Positions 1-7,339 of a stretch of DNA of 12,202 bases are shown here, piece by piece. This stretch comes from Abditibacteriaceae bacterium. Lineage in GTDB: Bacteria > Armatimonadota > Abditibacteriia > Abditibacteriales > Abditibacteriaceae. The DNA lies in the NCBI GenBank assembly GCA_031372065.1, contig JANMKN010000030.1, forward strand, positions 1-12,202, read 5' to 3'. Below the pieces are notes generated by a model. That model was not told the DNA's origin. It searched no databases and saw only the letters and a program-made list of their open reading frames with translations. The translations under genes were made by a program, and so were the position numbers. Each line of letters starts with the position of its first letter. The first letter of the stretch is position 1.

Positions 1-1
1 C

Positions 2-1795
2 GATTGGGTAAAAGAAAAAGCGGCGCTCTTTCAGGCCGAATCGGTTCACTGGTGCGAGGGTTCCGAAGACGAATTTCAAGCACTGTGCGACCTCATGGTG
101 CAAAATGGCACAGCGGTGCGGCTCAATAATACGCTGCGGCCCGGCTCGCTTTTGGTGCGCACCGACCCGCGCGATGCCTCCGATTGCTCGTGTTTTATCG
201 CCGAGCGCACCTTTCTCTGCACGCGACGCCAAGAAGAAGCCGGGCCGACGAATAATTGGCACGACCCGCTGGAAATGAAGGCGCGTTTCCATCGTTTATT
301 CGATGGCGTCATGCGCGGGCGCACGCTTTTCGTGGTGCCTTTTGCGCTGGGGCCGCAAGGTTCTTCGTTCGAGCGCTTCGGCGTGCAACTGACCGATTCG
401 CCTTATGTGGCCGCGAACTTAAAAATCCTCACGCGCATGGGTCAAAGTGCCTTGGAAAGTCTGGGCGAACGCGATTTCGTGCCGTGTTTGCATTCGATTG
501 GCTATCCGCTTTTGCCCGGCGAAGACGATGTGCCGTGGCCGTGTGACATTGACAACTTTTTGCTGGCGCATTTTCCCGAAGAGCGCCAAGTGTGGAGCTA
601 TGGCAGCGGCTACGGCGATAACGCGCTGCTCTCGCGCAAAAGTTTTGGCTTGCGCTTGGCGGGCGCGATGGCGCGCGATGAAGGTTGGCTGGCCGAACAT
701 ATGCTGGTTTTGGGCCTCAGCAACCCGCAAAATCGCAAAATCTATGTCGCGGCGGCCTTTCCGCCCGGCTGCGGCAAAACCAATTTAGCGATGCTGGCGC
801 CCGCTTCGGCGCAGTGGAAAGTCGAAACCATCAGCGATCATATCGTGTGGCTGAAATTCGGCATAGACGAGCGCTTGCACGCCGTTAATCCCGAACGCGG
901 CTTTTGCAGCGCCCTCAACGGCATCAACGAAGAAACCAATTTTCACGCGCTGCGCACCGTCGCCAAGAATACGATTTTCACCAACACCGCGCAAACACCC
1001 GGCGGCGATGTGTGGTGGGAAGGCTTGACTTCTAAACCGCCCGCCAAACTGCTCGATTGGCAAGGCCAAGCGTGGACGCCCGCCGAGGGCAAAGCCGGAA
1101 ATGCCGCCGCGCATCCCAACGCGCGTTTTACGGCGCCGCTGACGCAGTGTCCGGTTTTGGATGCGCGCTGGAACGACCCCAATGGCGTGCCGCTTTCGGC
1201 GCTCATTTTCGGCGCGCGACGCGGCGACACATGGCCTTTGGCGTTTGAAGCCTTCAACTGGCAGCACGGCGTTTTTCTTGGCTCGATGATGGCGAGTGAA
1301 GTCGCCGAAGAAGGCACCGATGAGGAACTTTGCCTGCACCGCGACCCATTTGCCGCGCGACGTTTTTGCGGTTATCACATCGCCGATTATTTCGCGCACT
1401 GGTTGCAACTCTCTCGCTTAACTTCGGCCTCTTATCTGCCGCGCCTCTTCGCCGTCAACTTCTTCCGGCGCGAAAACGAAGAGTTTCTCTGGCCCGGCTA
1501 CAGCGAAAACATTCGCGTTTTGCAGTGGATTTTCGAGCGCGTGGAAACGCAACCCGAAGTTCACAAAAGTGCCGCTGGTCTTGTGCCCGCGCCCGAAGAT
1601 TTGCGTTTGGCACGTCTTGATATTTCACCCGAAAACAGTCGCCAACTTTTCGCCGTTTCGCCCGCCGAATGGCGCCACGAAGCGCACGATTTATTGGATT
1701 TTTACGAGATTTTCGGTGACCGCTTGCCCGACGAATTGCGCGACGAGTTAGAAAATTTAATGGAGCGCTTACATCCGAAATTGGAGATGATTTAA
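2..1795 (+). CDS. pckG: Phosphoenolpyruvate carboxykinase (GTP) homologue, divergent active site; 5' end lies upstream of the window
   Basis: Frame is open from base 2 (DWVKEKAALFQAESVHWCEGSEDEF..., typical PEPCK-GTP N-terminus), so ATG 95 is internal. Motifs GPTNNW, GVQLTDSPYV, SYGSGYGDNALL, EGWLAEHML, CGKTNLAM, TIFTN, GDVWWEG, HPNARF, FLWPGY.ENIRVL.WI. Several catalytic motifs are altered (see findings). Confidence 0.92.
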   Translation, partial: DWVKEKAALFQAESVHWCEGSEDEFQALCDLMVQNGTAVRLNNTLRPGSLLVRTDPRDASDCSCFIAERTFLCTRRQEEAGPTNNWHDPLEMKARFHRLFDGVMRGRTLFVVPFALGPQGSSFERFGVQLTDSPYVAANLKILTRMGQSALESLGERDFVPCLHSIGYPLLPGEDDVPWPCDIDNFLLAHFPEERQVWSYGSGYGDNALLSRKSFGLRLAGAMARDEGWLAEHMLVLGLSNPQNRKIYVAAAFPPGCGKTNLAMLAPASAQWKVETISDHIVWLKFGIDERLHAVNPERGFCSALNGINEETNFHALRTVAKNTIFTNTAQTPGGDVWWEGLTSKPPAKLLDWQGQAWTPAEGKAGNAAAHPNARFTAPLTQCPVLDARWNDPNGVPLSALIFGARRGDTWPLAFEAFNWQHGVFLGSMMASEVAEEGTDEELCLHRDPFAARRFCGYHIADYFAHWLQLSRLTSASYLPRLFAVNFFRRENEEFLWPGYSENIRVLQWIFERVETQPEVHKSAAGLVPAPEDLRLARLDISPENSRQLFAVSPAEWRHEAHDLLDFYEIFGDRLPDELRDELENLMERLHPKLEMI

Positions 1796-2559
1796 TGACT
1801 TGGCATTTGGCGCAGCAAAACTACAAAACCGTGCGTGAAACGCACTACGAAGTGGCGATTTTGCCGATTGGTTCGTGTGAACCGCATAACTTTCACTTGC
1901 CTTACGGCACCGACACGCTGCAAGCCGATGGCATCGCGAATTTGGTGTGCCAAAGTGCCGTGGCGCAAGGCGCGCAGGTCGTGAAACTGCCGTGCATTCC
2001 CTACGGCGTGCAAAGCAATATGCGGGAATTGCCGCTTGCCATCAACGTTTATCCGTCCACGTTTTTTGCGCTTTTGAAAGACATCGTGGATTCGCTGGAA
2101 AATTCCGGCATTCGCAAGCTGCTGATTCTTAACGGGCACGGCGGCAACGATTTTCTCAAGCCTTTCGTGCGCGAAATGATGGGCAAAAGCTCCGTTTTCA
2201 TCGCCGTTTGCGATTGGTGGAAAGTCGGCAGCGATATTTACGACAAGGTTTTCGAGGTGCGCGATGACCACGCCGGAGAAATGGAAACCAGCGTCATTTT
2301 AAAAATGGCGCCGGAACTTGTTGATTTAGCGAACGCTTCAGACGGCGCCACAATCAAAACGCGTTTTGAAGCGATAAATAGGGGCTATGTAAGCATTTCG
2401 CGGCGCTGGGATTTGCTGACGGAATCTACCGGCACCGCCGACCCGCGCGCGGCGAGCGCCGAAAAAGGCGAAAAATATTTGCAAATCATCACGCAAAGAG
2501 TGGCACAGTTTTTGGTCGAATTATCAGCGGCCAAAATGGACGACAAATTTCCGTTTTAA
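1795..2559 (+). CDS. Creatininase (creatinine amidohydrolase)/MftE family protein
   Basis: Motifs LPIGSCEPHNFHLPYGTD, ILNGHGGN, DHAGEMETS, GTADPRAASAEKG. Start overlaps the upstream stop (TAATG at 1793-1797). Confidence 0.92.
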   Translation: MTWHLAQQNYKTVRETHYEVAILPIGSCEPHNFHLPYGTDTLQADGIANLVCQSAVAQGAQVVKLPCIPYGVQSNMRELPLAINVYPSTFFALLKDIVDSLENSGIRKLLILNGHGGNDFLKPFVREMMGKSSVFIAVCDWWKVGSDIYDKVFEVRDDHAGEMETSVILKMAPELVDLANASDGATIKTRFEAINRGYVSISRRWDLLTESTGTADPRAASAEKGEKYLQIITQRVAQFLVELSAAKMDDKFPF

Positions 2560-2649
2560 AGAGCGTTTCACCTTCGATTGTAACAATGCAGAAGCATCTT
2601 TGTGATACGCTTTTCCGTGAAAATAAACAGAGAAAGATTCGGATAAGGA

Positions 2650-3387
2650 ATGGAGCAGTCAAAATCAAACCCGTTTTCGTTTTCGGCGGACGATCTTATT
2701 GCGGACGATCTTATTACAACCCCCAATGACGAGACGCGAAAGTATAAAATTCTTGTCATTGAAGATAACTTTGAGGTTGCTCAGAATATACTGACGACAC
2801 TGGCGCGGGCCGGAATGGAATGCCGTCATACACCCGATGGCCTTGTCGGATTGGAAGCCTTGCGCGGCAAAGACTTTCACCTGCTCTTACTCGACCTTAC
2901 CCTGCCCGAACAAAGCGGCCAAGAAATTTGCCGTCAGGCACGCAAAATCAGCACTTTGCCGCTGATTGTTCTAATGGAAATGGACGAACACGATGCCCAA
3001 ATGAAATGCTTCGGACTGGGCGCCGATGATTTTTTGATTAAGCCTTTTGCGTCCCAGCTTTTGTTGTTGCGCGTGGTTTCCATGTTACGGCGCGTCTACA
3101 TTTACAACCAGAAAAAGCATAAACACCCGGTGCCAATTTCTTCGATTCCAATAGCCACACCAATCCGCCCACCTCAACCACAAAGGCCAGCGCCCGCAGG
3201 AGTTTTGGCAGCGATTTCGGAGCAATCGTCAGACACAACGGTTCTTCCTGCTGGTTGGAGTCGCTGCGAGACTTGCAACTATATGGGGCCGACCCCAAGA
3301 TTTCGCACGCAAGATGGCAGCGGACAACCTGTCATGGCGTGCCCTCATTGCGGCGACAAATCAAGCATCGAATATGCTTTGGGCTAA
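2650..3387 (+). CDS. Response regulator: OmpR-like receiver domain, Pro-rich linker and C-terminal CxxC-x21-CxxC Zn ribbon
   Basis: KILVIEDN, LLLLDLTLPEQSG (phosphoacceptor Asp codon at 2893), GADDFLIKPF; C-terminal CETC (3265-3276) and CPHC (3340-3351); no winged-helix domain recognisable. Start codon uncertain. Confidence 0.85.
   Translation: MEQSKSNPFSFSADDLIADDLITTPNDETRKYKILVIEDNFEVAQNILTTLARAGMECRHTPDGLVGLEALRGKDFHLLLLDLTLPEQSGQEICRQARKISTLPLIVLMEMDEHDAQMKCFGLGADDFLIKPFASQLLLLRVVSMLRRVYIYNQKKHKHPVPISSIPIATPIRPPQPQRPAPAGVLAAISEQSSDTTVLPAGWSRCETCNYMGPTPRFRTQDGSGQPVMACPHCGDKSSIEYALG
2686..2715 (+). repeat. Perfect 15-bp in-frame tandem duplication (GCGGACGATCTTATT x2; ADDLI-ADDLI)
   Basis: Identical copies at 2686-2700 and 2701-2715. 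Confidence 0.95.
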
Positions 3388-3415
3388 ATCAAATCTCGTT
3401 TTATAAGCCTCGCTA

Positions 3416-3443
3416 TTGTCAAAGATTTTAGAAAAGGTATCAT
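3416..3443 (+). promoter_or_regulatory. Candidate sigma70-type promoter for the prepilin-like gene
   Basis: TTGTCA (3416-3421), 16-bp spacer, TATCAT (3438-3443) in an AT-rich intergenic stretch; AAGGA precedes ATG 3498. Confidence 0.4.
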
Positions 3444-3497
3444 TTCGTGTTTTAAAATTCGCTTTTACGGTTATTCTATTAGGGCAAAGGATTTTTC

Positions 3498-4286
3498 ATG
3501 AACAAATATTTCACCAAAGGTCACCCGCAGGGTCATTCGCGCGGAGGTTTCACCTTGATCGAATTGCTTGTCGTCATAGCGATAATAGCGCTCCTCGCCG
3601 CCATTCTGTTTCCTGTTTTTGCCCGCGCCCGCGAAAATGCCCGCCGCAGTTCGTGCCAGAATAATCTCAAGCAAATTGGAGTCGGTATTCTGCAATACAC
3701 GCAGGATTATGATGAAACAGTCATGCCGCACTGGATAGGTAGCGCCACATATTCGGGCACGGCGCGTTGGATGGATTTGACCCAGCCTTACATTAAAAAC
3801 ACACAAGTTTTCGTCTGTCCCAGTCAATCGGGCGCGCGTTATGTGGTGGGCAACAACACGCAAACGGGCAGCTACACTTGCAGCGGAGCCTATTACAGCG
3901 AGGCGCCACGCACCAGCATGAGTATTTTGGACAACAACGAGTTTGTTGGCCTTTCGGAAATGGAAACGCCGTCCACCACATTTTGGATTTCCGATTCGCA
4001 AAACTATACGACCTCACGCCCCGATGGTTTTGAGTTCGCCTTTTTGACCGCCGATAATTTGACCGCTAATAATGCACTTTCGCCGCCGGCCATTGCTTCG
4101 CCCGCGCTCATCCCCGGTGGCGGCGGCGCTATAGATCGTCGCATTCCAGCGCGCCATCTGGACACTACCAACGTGCTGTTTTGTGATGGTCATGTCAAGG
4201 CCGTGAAGCTGAGTTATCTGCTCGAAAAAGGCGGCGCGGGTAACACGCTTTACACGCATTTCACCTTGGCAAAAGACCCACAGTAG
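3498..4286 (+). CDS. DUF1559-family prepilin-type N-terminal cleavage/methylation protein with H-X9-DG motif
   Basis: [45 protein letters not shown] at the N-terminus; YTQDYDE; VFVCPS; C-terminal [16 protein letters not shown]. Confidence 0.93.
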   Translation: MNKYFTKGHPQGHSRGGFTLIELLVVIAIIALLAAILFPVFARARENARRSSCQNNLKQIGVGILQYTQDYDETVMPHWIGSATYSGTARWMDLTQPYIKNTQVFVCPSQSGARYVVGNNTQTGSYTCSGAYYSEAPRTSMSILDNNEFVGLSEMETPSTTFWISDSQNYTTSRPDGFEFAFLTADNLTANNALSPPAIASPALIPGGGGAIDRRIPARHLDTTNVLFCDGHVKAVKLSYLLEKGGAGNTLYTHFTLAKDPQ

Positions 4287-4317
4287 ACAGATGGCACAAA
4301 AAGTCGGCACACAATTT

Positions 4318-4350
4318 CCAAAAGCCCGCAGATATTCTGCGGGCTTTTGG
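4318..4350. terminator. Perfect 15-bp inverted repeat, likely (bidirectional) intrinsic terminator
   Basis: CCAAAAGCCCGCAGA-TAT-TCTGCGGGCTTTTGG about 30 bp after the DUF1559 stop; GC-rich stem flanked by A4/T4 runs. Confidence 0.75.
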
Positions 4351-4377
4351 TGTTCACACGCGCCCAGAGAGGCTAAA

Positions 4378-5163
4378 ATGAAACTCATGCAATTTGTGGA
4401 GAACGAAGTCAAGGAAGTTGGCCCCGGCGTCTGGGTTCGCGTCGCGGTAGATAACATCAGTTGGTGCAATTTGGGCGATGGCGCTGCCGTTATTGATGCG
4501 CTCGAAGACCCAAATCAAGCCGATGTCGTGCGCAGTTTAATCAAAGAAACGACGGGACAAAATTTGAAATGGGTGGTCACCACGCATTGGGACGCCGACC
4601 ATATCGCGTGCAATCCGCAATGGAAACGCGAAGGCGCACCGGTTGTGGCGCATCAATCGTGCGCCGACGCAGCAGGCGATTGGGAAGGCCGACCCAATTT
4701 GTCTTACAATGGTAACGCCATTTTATGCGGCGACATAGAGCGCATCGAAATGGAATGGTGGGGCGGCACGCACACGCCGTGGGACACGATTTTGTGGTTT
4801 CCCAACGCCAAAGTGCTGCATATTGCCGATTTATTCGGCTGGGGCCTCATTCCGTGCCGTCCGACACCCGAAAAAGTGGCCCGTTTGCGCGAAATCCTCG
4901 ACCGTATTTTGCAATTTCCCGCGCAAGCTGTCATTTGCGGCCACGGCCCCGTGACCAGCATCGAACACATCGCCCGCTTTCAAAACTATTTCGAAGATTT
5001 GCTGCAAAAAGTGCCGCCATTGGCTGCAAAAGGCCTCTCGCTTGATGAAATCGCCGCCCAAATTCCGCCGCCGGATGACATGAAAGATTGGTGGCGCTTC
5101 GTGGATTGGAAACACAAAAAGAATCTGGAAATGCTCGTTGCGGATTATCATCCTGCCTCGTAA
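4378..5163 (+). CDS. MBL-fold metallo-hydrolase with variant HxDxDH motif
   Basis: AAVIDAL, VVTTHWDADH, GTHTPWD, LHIADL, ICGHG. Start placed at ATG 4378 (GAGAGG upstream) rather than 4291, whose extension crosses the terminator hairpin. Confidence 0.85.
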   Translation: MKLMQFVENEVKEVGPGVWVRVAVDNISWCNLGDGAAVIDALEDPNQADVVRSLIKETTGQNLKWVVTTHWDADHIACNPQWKREGAPVVAHQSCADAAGDWEGRPNLSYNGNAILCGDIERIEMEWWGGTHTPWDTILWFPNAKVLHIADLFGWGLIPCRPTPEKVARLREILDRILQFPAQAVICGHGPVTSIEHIARFQNYFEDLLQKVPPLAAKGLSLDEIAAQIPPPDDMKDWWRFVDWKHKKNLEMLVADYHPAS

Positions 5164-5270
5164 AAATCGGTGCGAGGGCAATTGACGTTTCACCTTGCCC
5201 CGAATCGTTTCGGCTCTTGTCAAAGGGCGCGGCGCTTCGAGAAGTTCCCATGCGCGCCGGAGCAATTATC

Positions 5271-5555
5271 ATGTGGATTAAAGCCCAAAACGGCAATTTT
5301 TACCGGCGCGACGCGTTTTTCATGATTGATGTCGAAAGCGTGAAAGACGGCGGCATTCAGCACAATTATCTGCGCGCCCGCCTCACGCCGCCGCCTGCCG
5401 GTGCTTCGCTGTCCGGCTTGAAAGCCGTTGATCCCGGCGCGGTAATTTTGGGCGAATATCCAACGCCTGAGCAGGCGCGCCAAGCTCTCGCGCGCCTTTT
5501 CCCCGAACGCAGCGAGGTCGTCAATCTGACCCGCGAAGATGAACAGCGTGGCTAA
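5271..5555 (+). CDS. Hypothetical 94-aa protein (MWIKAQNG...ILGEYPTPEQARQALARL)
   Basis: GGAG at 5259-5262 before ATG 5271; protein-like composition; fills the gap after the MBL gene. It is the C-terminal part of track ORF 5088..5555. Confidence 0.7.
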   Translation: MWIKAQNGNFYRRDAFFMIDVESVKDGGIQHNYLRARLTPPPAGASLSGLKAVDPGAVILGEYPTPEQARQALARLFPERSEVVNLTREDEQRG

Positions 5556-5594
5556 CGCTTGCTTCCAATCGAACTGATTTTAAAAGTTTTCGTT

Positions 5595-5867
5595 GAAAAA
5601 CGCGATAAACGTCGCGCAAAAGCCATTTAGGAGCGTGCAATAGGCACTTAGCCTCCTGCAAAAGACATTTAAGGTCGCGCAAAAGCCATTTAGCCTGCTG
5701 CAAAGGGCATTTAGCCTCTTGCAAAAGGCATTTAGCTTCCTGCAAAGGGCATTTAGCTTCCTGCAAAGGGCATTTAGGAGCGCGCAACGAACACTTAAGG
5801 TCACGCAAAAGCGCCTTCGGAGAGTGCAACAGGGGCTTCGGAGCTTGCGAGAACCGTTTAAAAAGTC
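5595..5867. repeat. Degenerate tandem array of 21-bp units (11 clear and 2 decayed edge units), consensus GCAAAGGGCATTTAGCTTCCT
   Basis: GCAA recurs exactly every 21 bp at 5616, 5637, 5658, 5679, 5700, 5721, 5742, 5763, 5784, 5805 and 5826; decayed units at 5595 and 5847; no indels. Confidence 0.95.
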
Positions 5868-5931
5868 TTAATCGAGGCGCCGAGTCAGAATTTCCAAACT
5901 GATTCTTAGACCCGCCTAACAAGGAATTTCC

Positions 5932-6942
5932 ATGAAAAAGTATGTCCTCGTTGTCTTGCCGCTGCTTTGCAGCGTGGCGCAGGCGCAAAACCCAACCTCC
6001 AACGCCCCAGTTTCTGCGCCCACAAGTGACACAATCGAATTAAAACCTCATTGGCAGGCGGGCAAAAAATACCTGCAAACCATGCGCAGCACAGTCAAAA
6101 CGTCCCAAACCATTGAGCAAAAGCGCCTCGACATGACGCAAGACATGGCGATGGATATGCTTTACGAAATCAAAAATGTAGATGAACAAGGCGCGGCAGA
6201 CATGGAATTAACATTTCGCTCTGTGCAAATGAAAATGCACATCCAAAATGGCGCGGAGAAAACGGATAGCGTTTTCGATTCACAGCATCCACCGAAAAAG
6301 CCTGATCCAGTCATGGGTTCGTTAGCGGCGATGATTGGCCTGAAATTTCAGATGAAAATGTCACCCGATGGCAATCTTTTGCAAATGCAAGGCATGGACG
6401 AGATGCGCAAACGTATGCTTAAAGCAATGACTCTGCCGTCGGGCGCTGACCGCGCCGGGTTTGAAGCCTTGATGAAAAAGCAACTCAGCGATGCCAACAT
6501 TCGCAAAATGATCGAGCAGAAATCAGGCTTTAGCAACGCCTATGTTTACCCCCGCAAAGCTGTCGCGGTAGGCGAATCGTGGACGCGCAAAATATCGCTT
6601 GATGTGCCAATGCCGATGACTTCAACCGCAACTTATACCCTGCGCGACCACGCCGATGGCACAGCGCATATTGATTTCAACTCAAAGTTTTCGCTTAATT
6701 CCAGCGACGTTTCTCCTGTAAAAACCATAAAAGTCGCTACAAAAATGAGCGGCGACCAAACCGGCACCATAGATTTGCGCGAAAGCGATGGTCAAGTCAT
6801 GAAAATGCAGACTTCGATGCGTTATTCCGGCACCGTAAGTTCAACCGTCCCCGATGGGCATTCGCCCAAGAAAATGACCACCCAATCGTGGCCGATTTAC
6901 GCGGTGGCCTCCACCTCGCTTGAATCGAAAAATTTGCCGTAA
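5932..6942 (+). CDS. Secreted beta-rich protein, DUF6263-like
   Basis: Sec signal peptide MKKYVLVVLPLLCSVAQA|Q; AAGGA RBS; W.AGKKY, SPDG.LLQMQG and YPRKAVAVGESW resemble DUF6263-type proteins (recalled, not searched). Confidence 0.7.
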   Translation: MKKYVLVVLPLLCSVAQAQNPTSNAPVSAPTSDTIELKPHWQAGKKYLQTMRSTVKTSQTIEQKRLDMTQDMAMDMLYEIKNVDEQGAADMELTFRSVQMKMHIQNGAEKTDSVFDSQHPPKKPDPVMGSLAAMIGLKFQMKMSPDGNLLQMQGMDEMRKRMLKAMTLPSGADRAGFEALMKKQLSDANIRKMIEQKSGFSNAYVYPRKAVAVGESWTRKISLDVPMPMTSTATYTLRDHADGTAHIDFNSKFSLNSSDVSPVKTIKVATKMSGDQTGTIDLRESDGQVMKMQTSMRYSGTVSSTVPDGHSPKKMTTQSWPIYAVASTSLESKNLP

Positions 6943-6954
6943 ATCGGTAATTCT

Positions 6955-7320
6955 ATGAGCCAAACTCAATTTCTCAAAGCCGAAAATTGCACGCATCTCG
7001 AACACGATTGGGGCACTCTCGATTGGCTTGCCGGAGCGCCGCTTGGCAACTCGCAAAACATGACAATCGGGCGCTGTGTTATCAAGGCGGGCGAAGGGAA
7101 TCCGCTGCACAGTCACCCCAATTGCGAGGAAATTTTAGTGTTGATTGAAGGCCGCATCGCGCACACCATTGAAGACCGCCGCGAAGTGGAAATGAACCCC
7201 GGCGATGTAATTACCATTCCGCCGCAGTTGCCCCACAAAGCGCGCAACATCGGCGACGGCGATGCCGTGATGTTTATCGCGTTTTCTTCAGCGCACCGTG
7301 AATTCCAACTGGAAGAATGA
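6955..7320 (+). CDS. Cupin domain protein
   Basis: Cupin motifs HSHPNCEEILVLIEG and GDVITIPPQLPHKARN. Confidence 0.92.
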   Translation: MSQTQFLKAENCTHLEHDWGTLDWLAGAPLGNSQNMTIGRCVIKAGEGNPLHSHPNCEEILVLIEGRIAHTIEDRREVEMNPGDVITIPPQLPHKARNIGDGDAVMFIAFSSAHREFQLEE

Positions 7321-7339
7321 GCGCGCCCGCTTATTTTTT
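7319..7339 (+). terminator. Weak candidate terminator between convergent genes
   Basis: GAGCG-CGCC-CGCTT followed by ATTTTTT; the stem is only 5 bp. Confidence 0.3.

Noticed and set aside
2..1795. PEPCK as a classical pseudogene
   Set aside because: No frameshift or internal stop, and structural motifs are preserved along the whole visible length.
2557..2620. ATTGT-A-ACAAT palindrome and LacI/cre-like sites upstream of the response regulator
   Set aside because: Short, imperfect and expected by chance in AT-rich intergenic DNA; no cognate regulator in the window.
4291..4377. N-terminal extension of the MBL ORF
   Set aside because: It crosses the terminator hairpin; there is a better RBS before 4378.
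5595..5867. CRISPR or guide-RNA (TIGR-like) array
   Set aside because: The 21-bp period is too short, variable segments are only 4-7 nt and recur between units, and no cas or Nop-domain gene is visible in the window.
5521..5988. Minus-strand 155-aa ORF as a confident CDS
   Set aside because: It overlaps both flanking + strand genes and its openness is largely explained by the repeat; kept only as a hypothesis.
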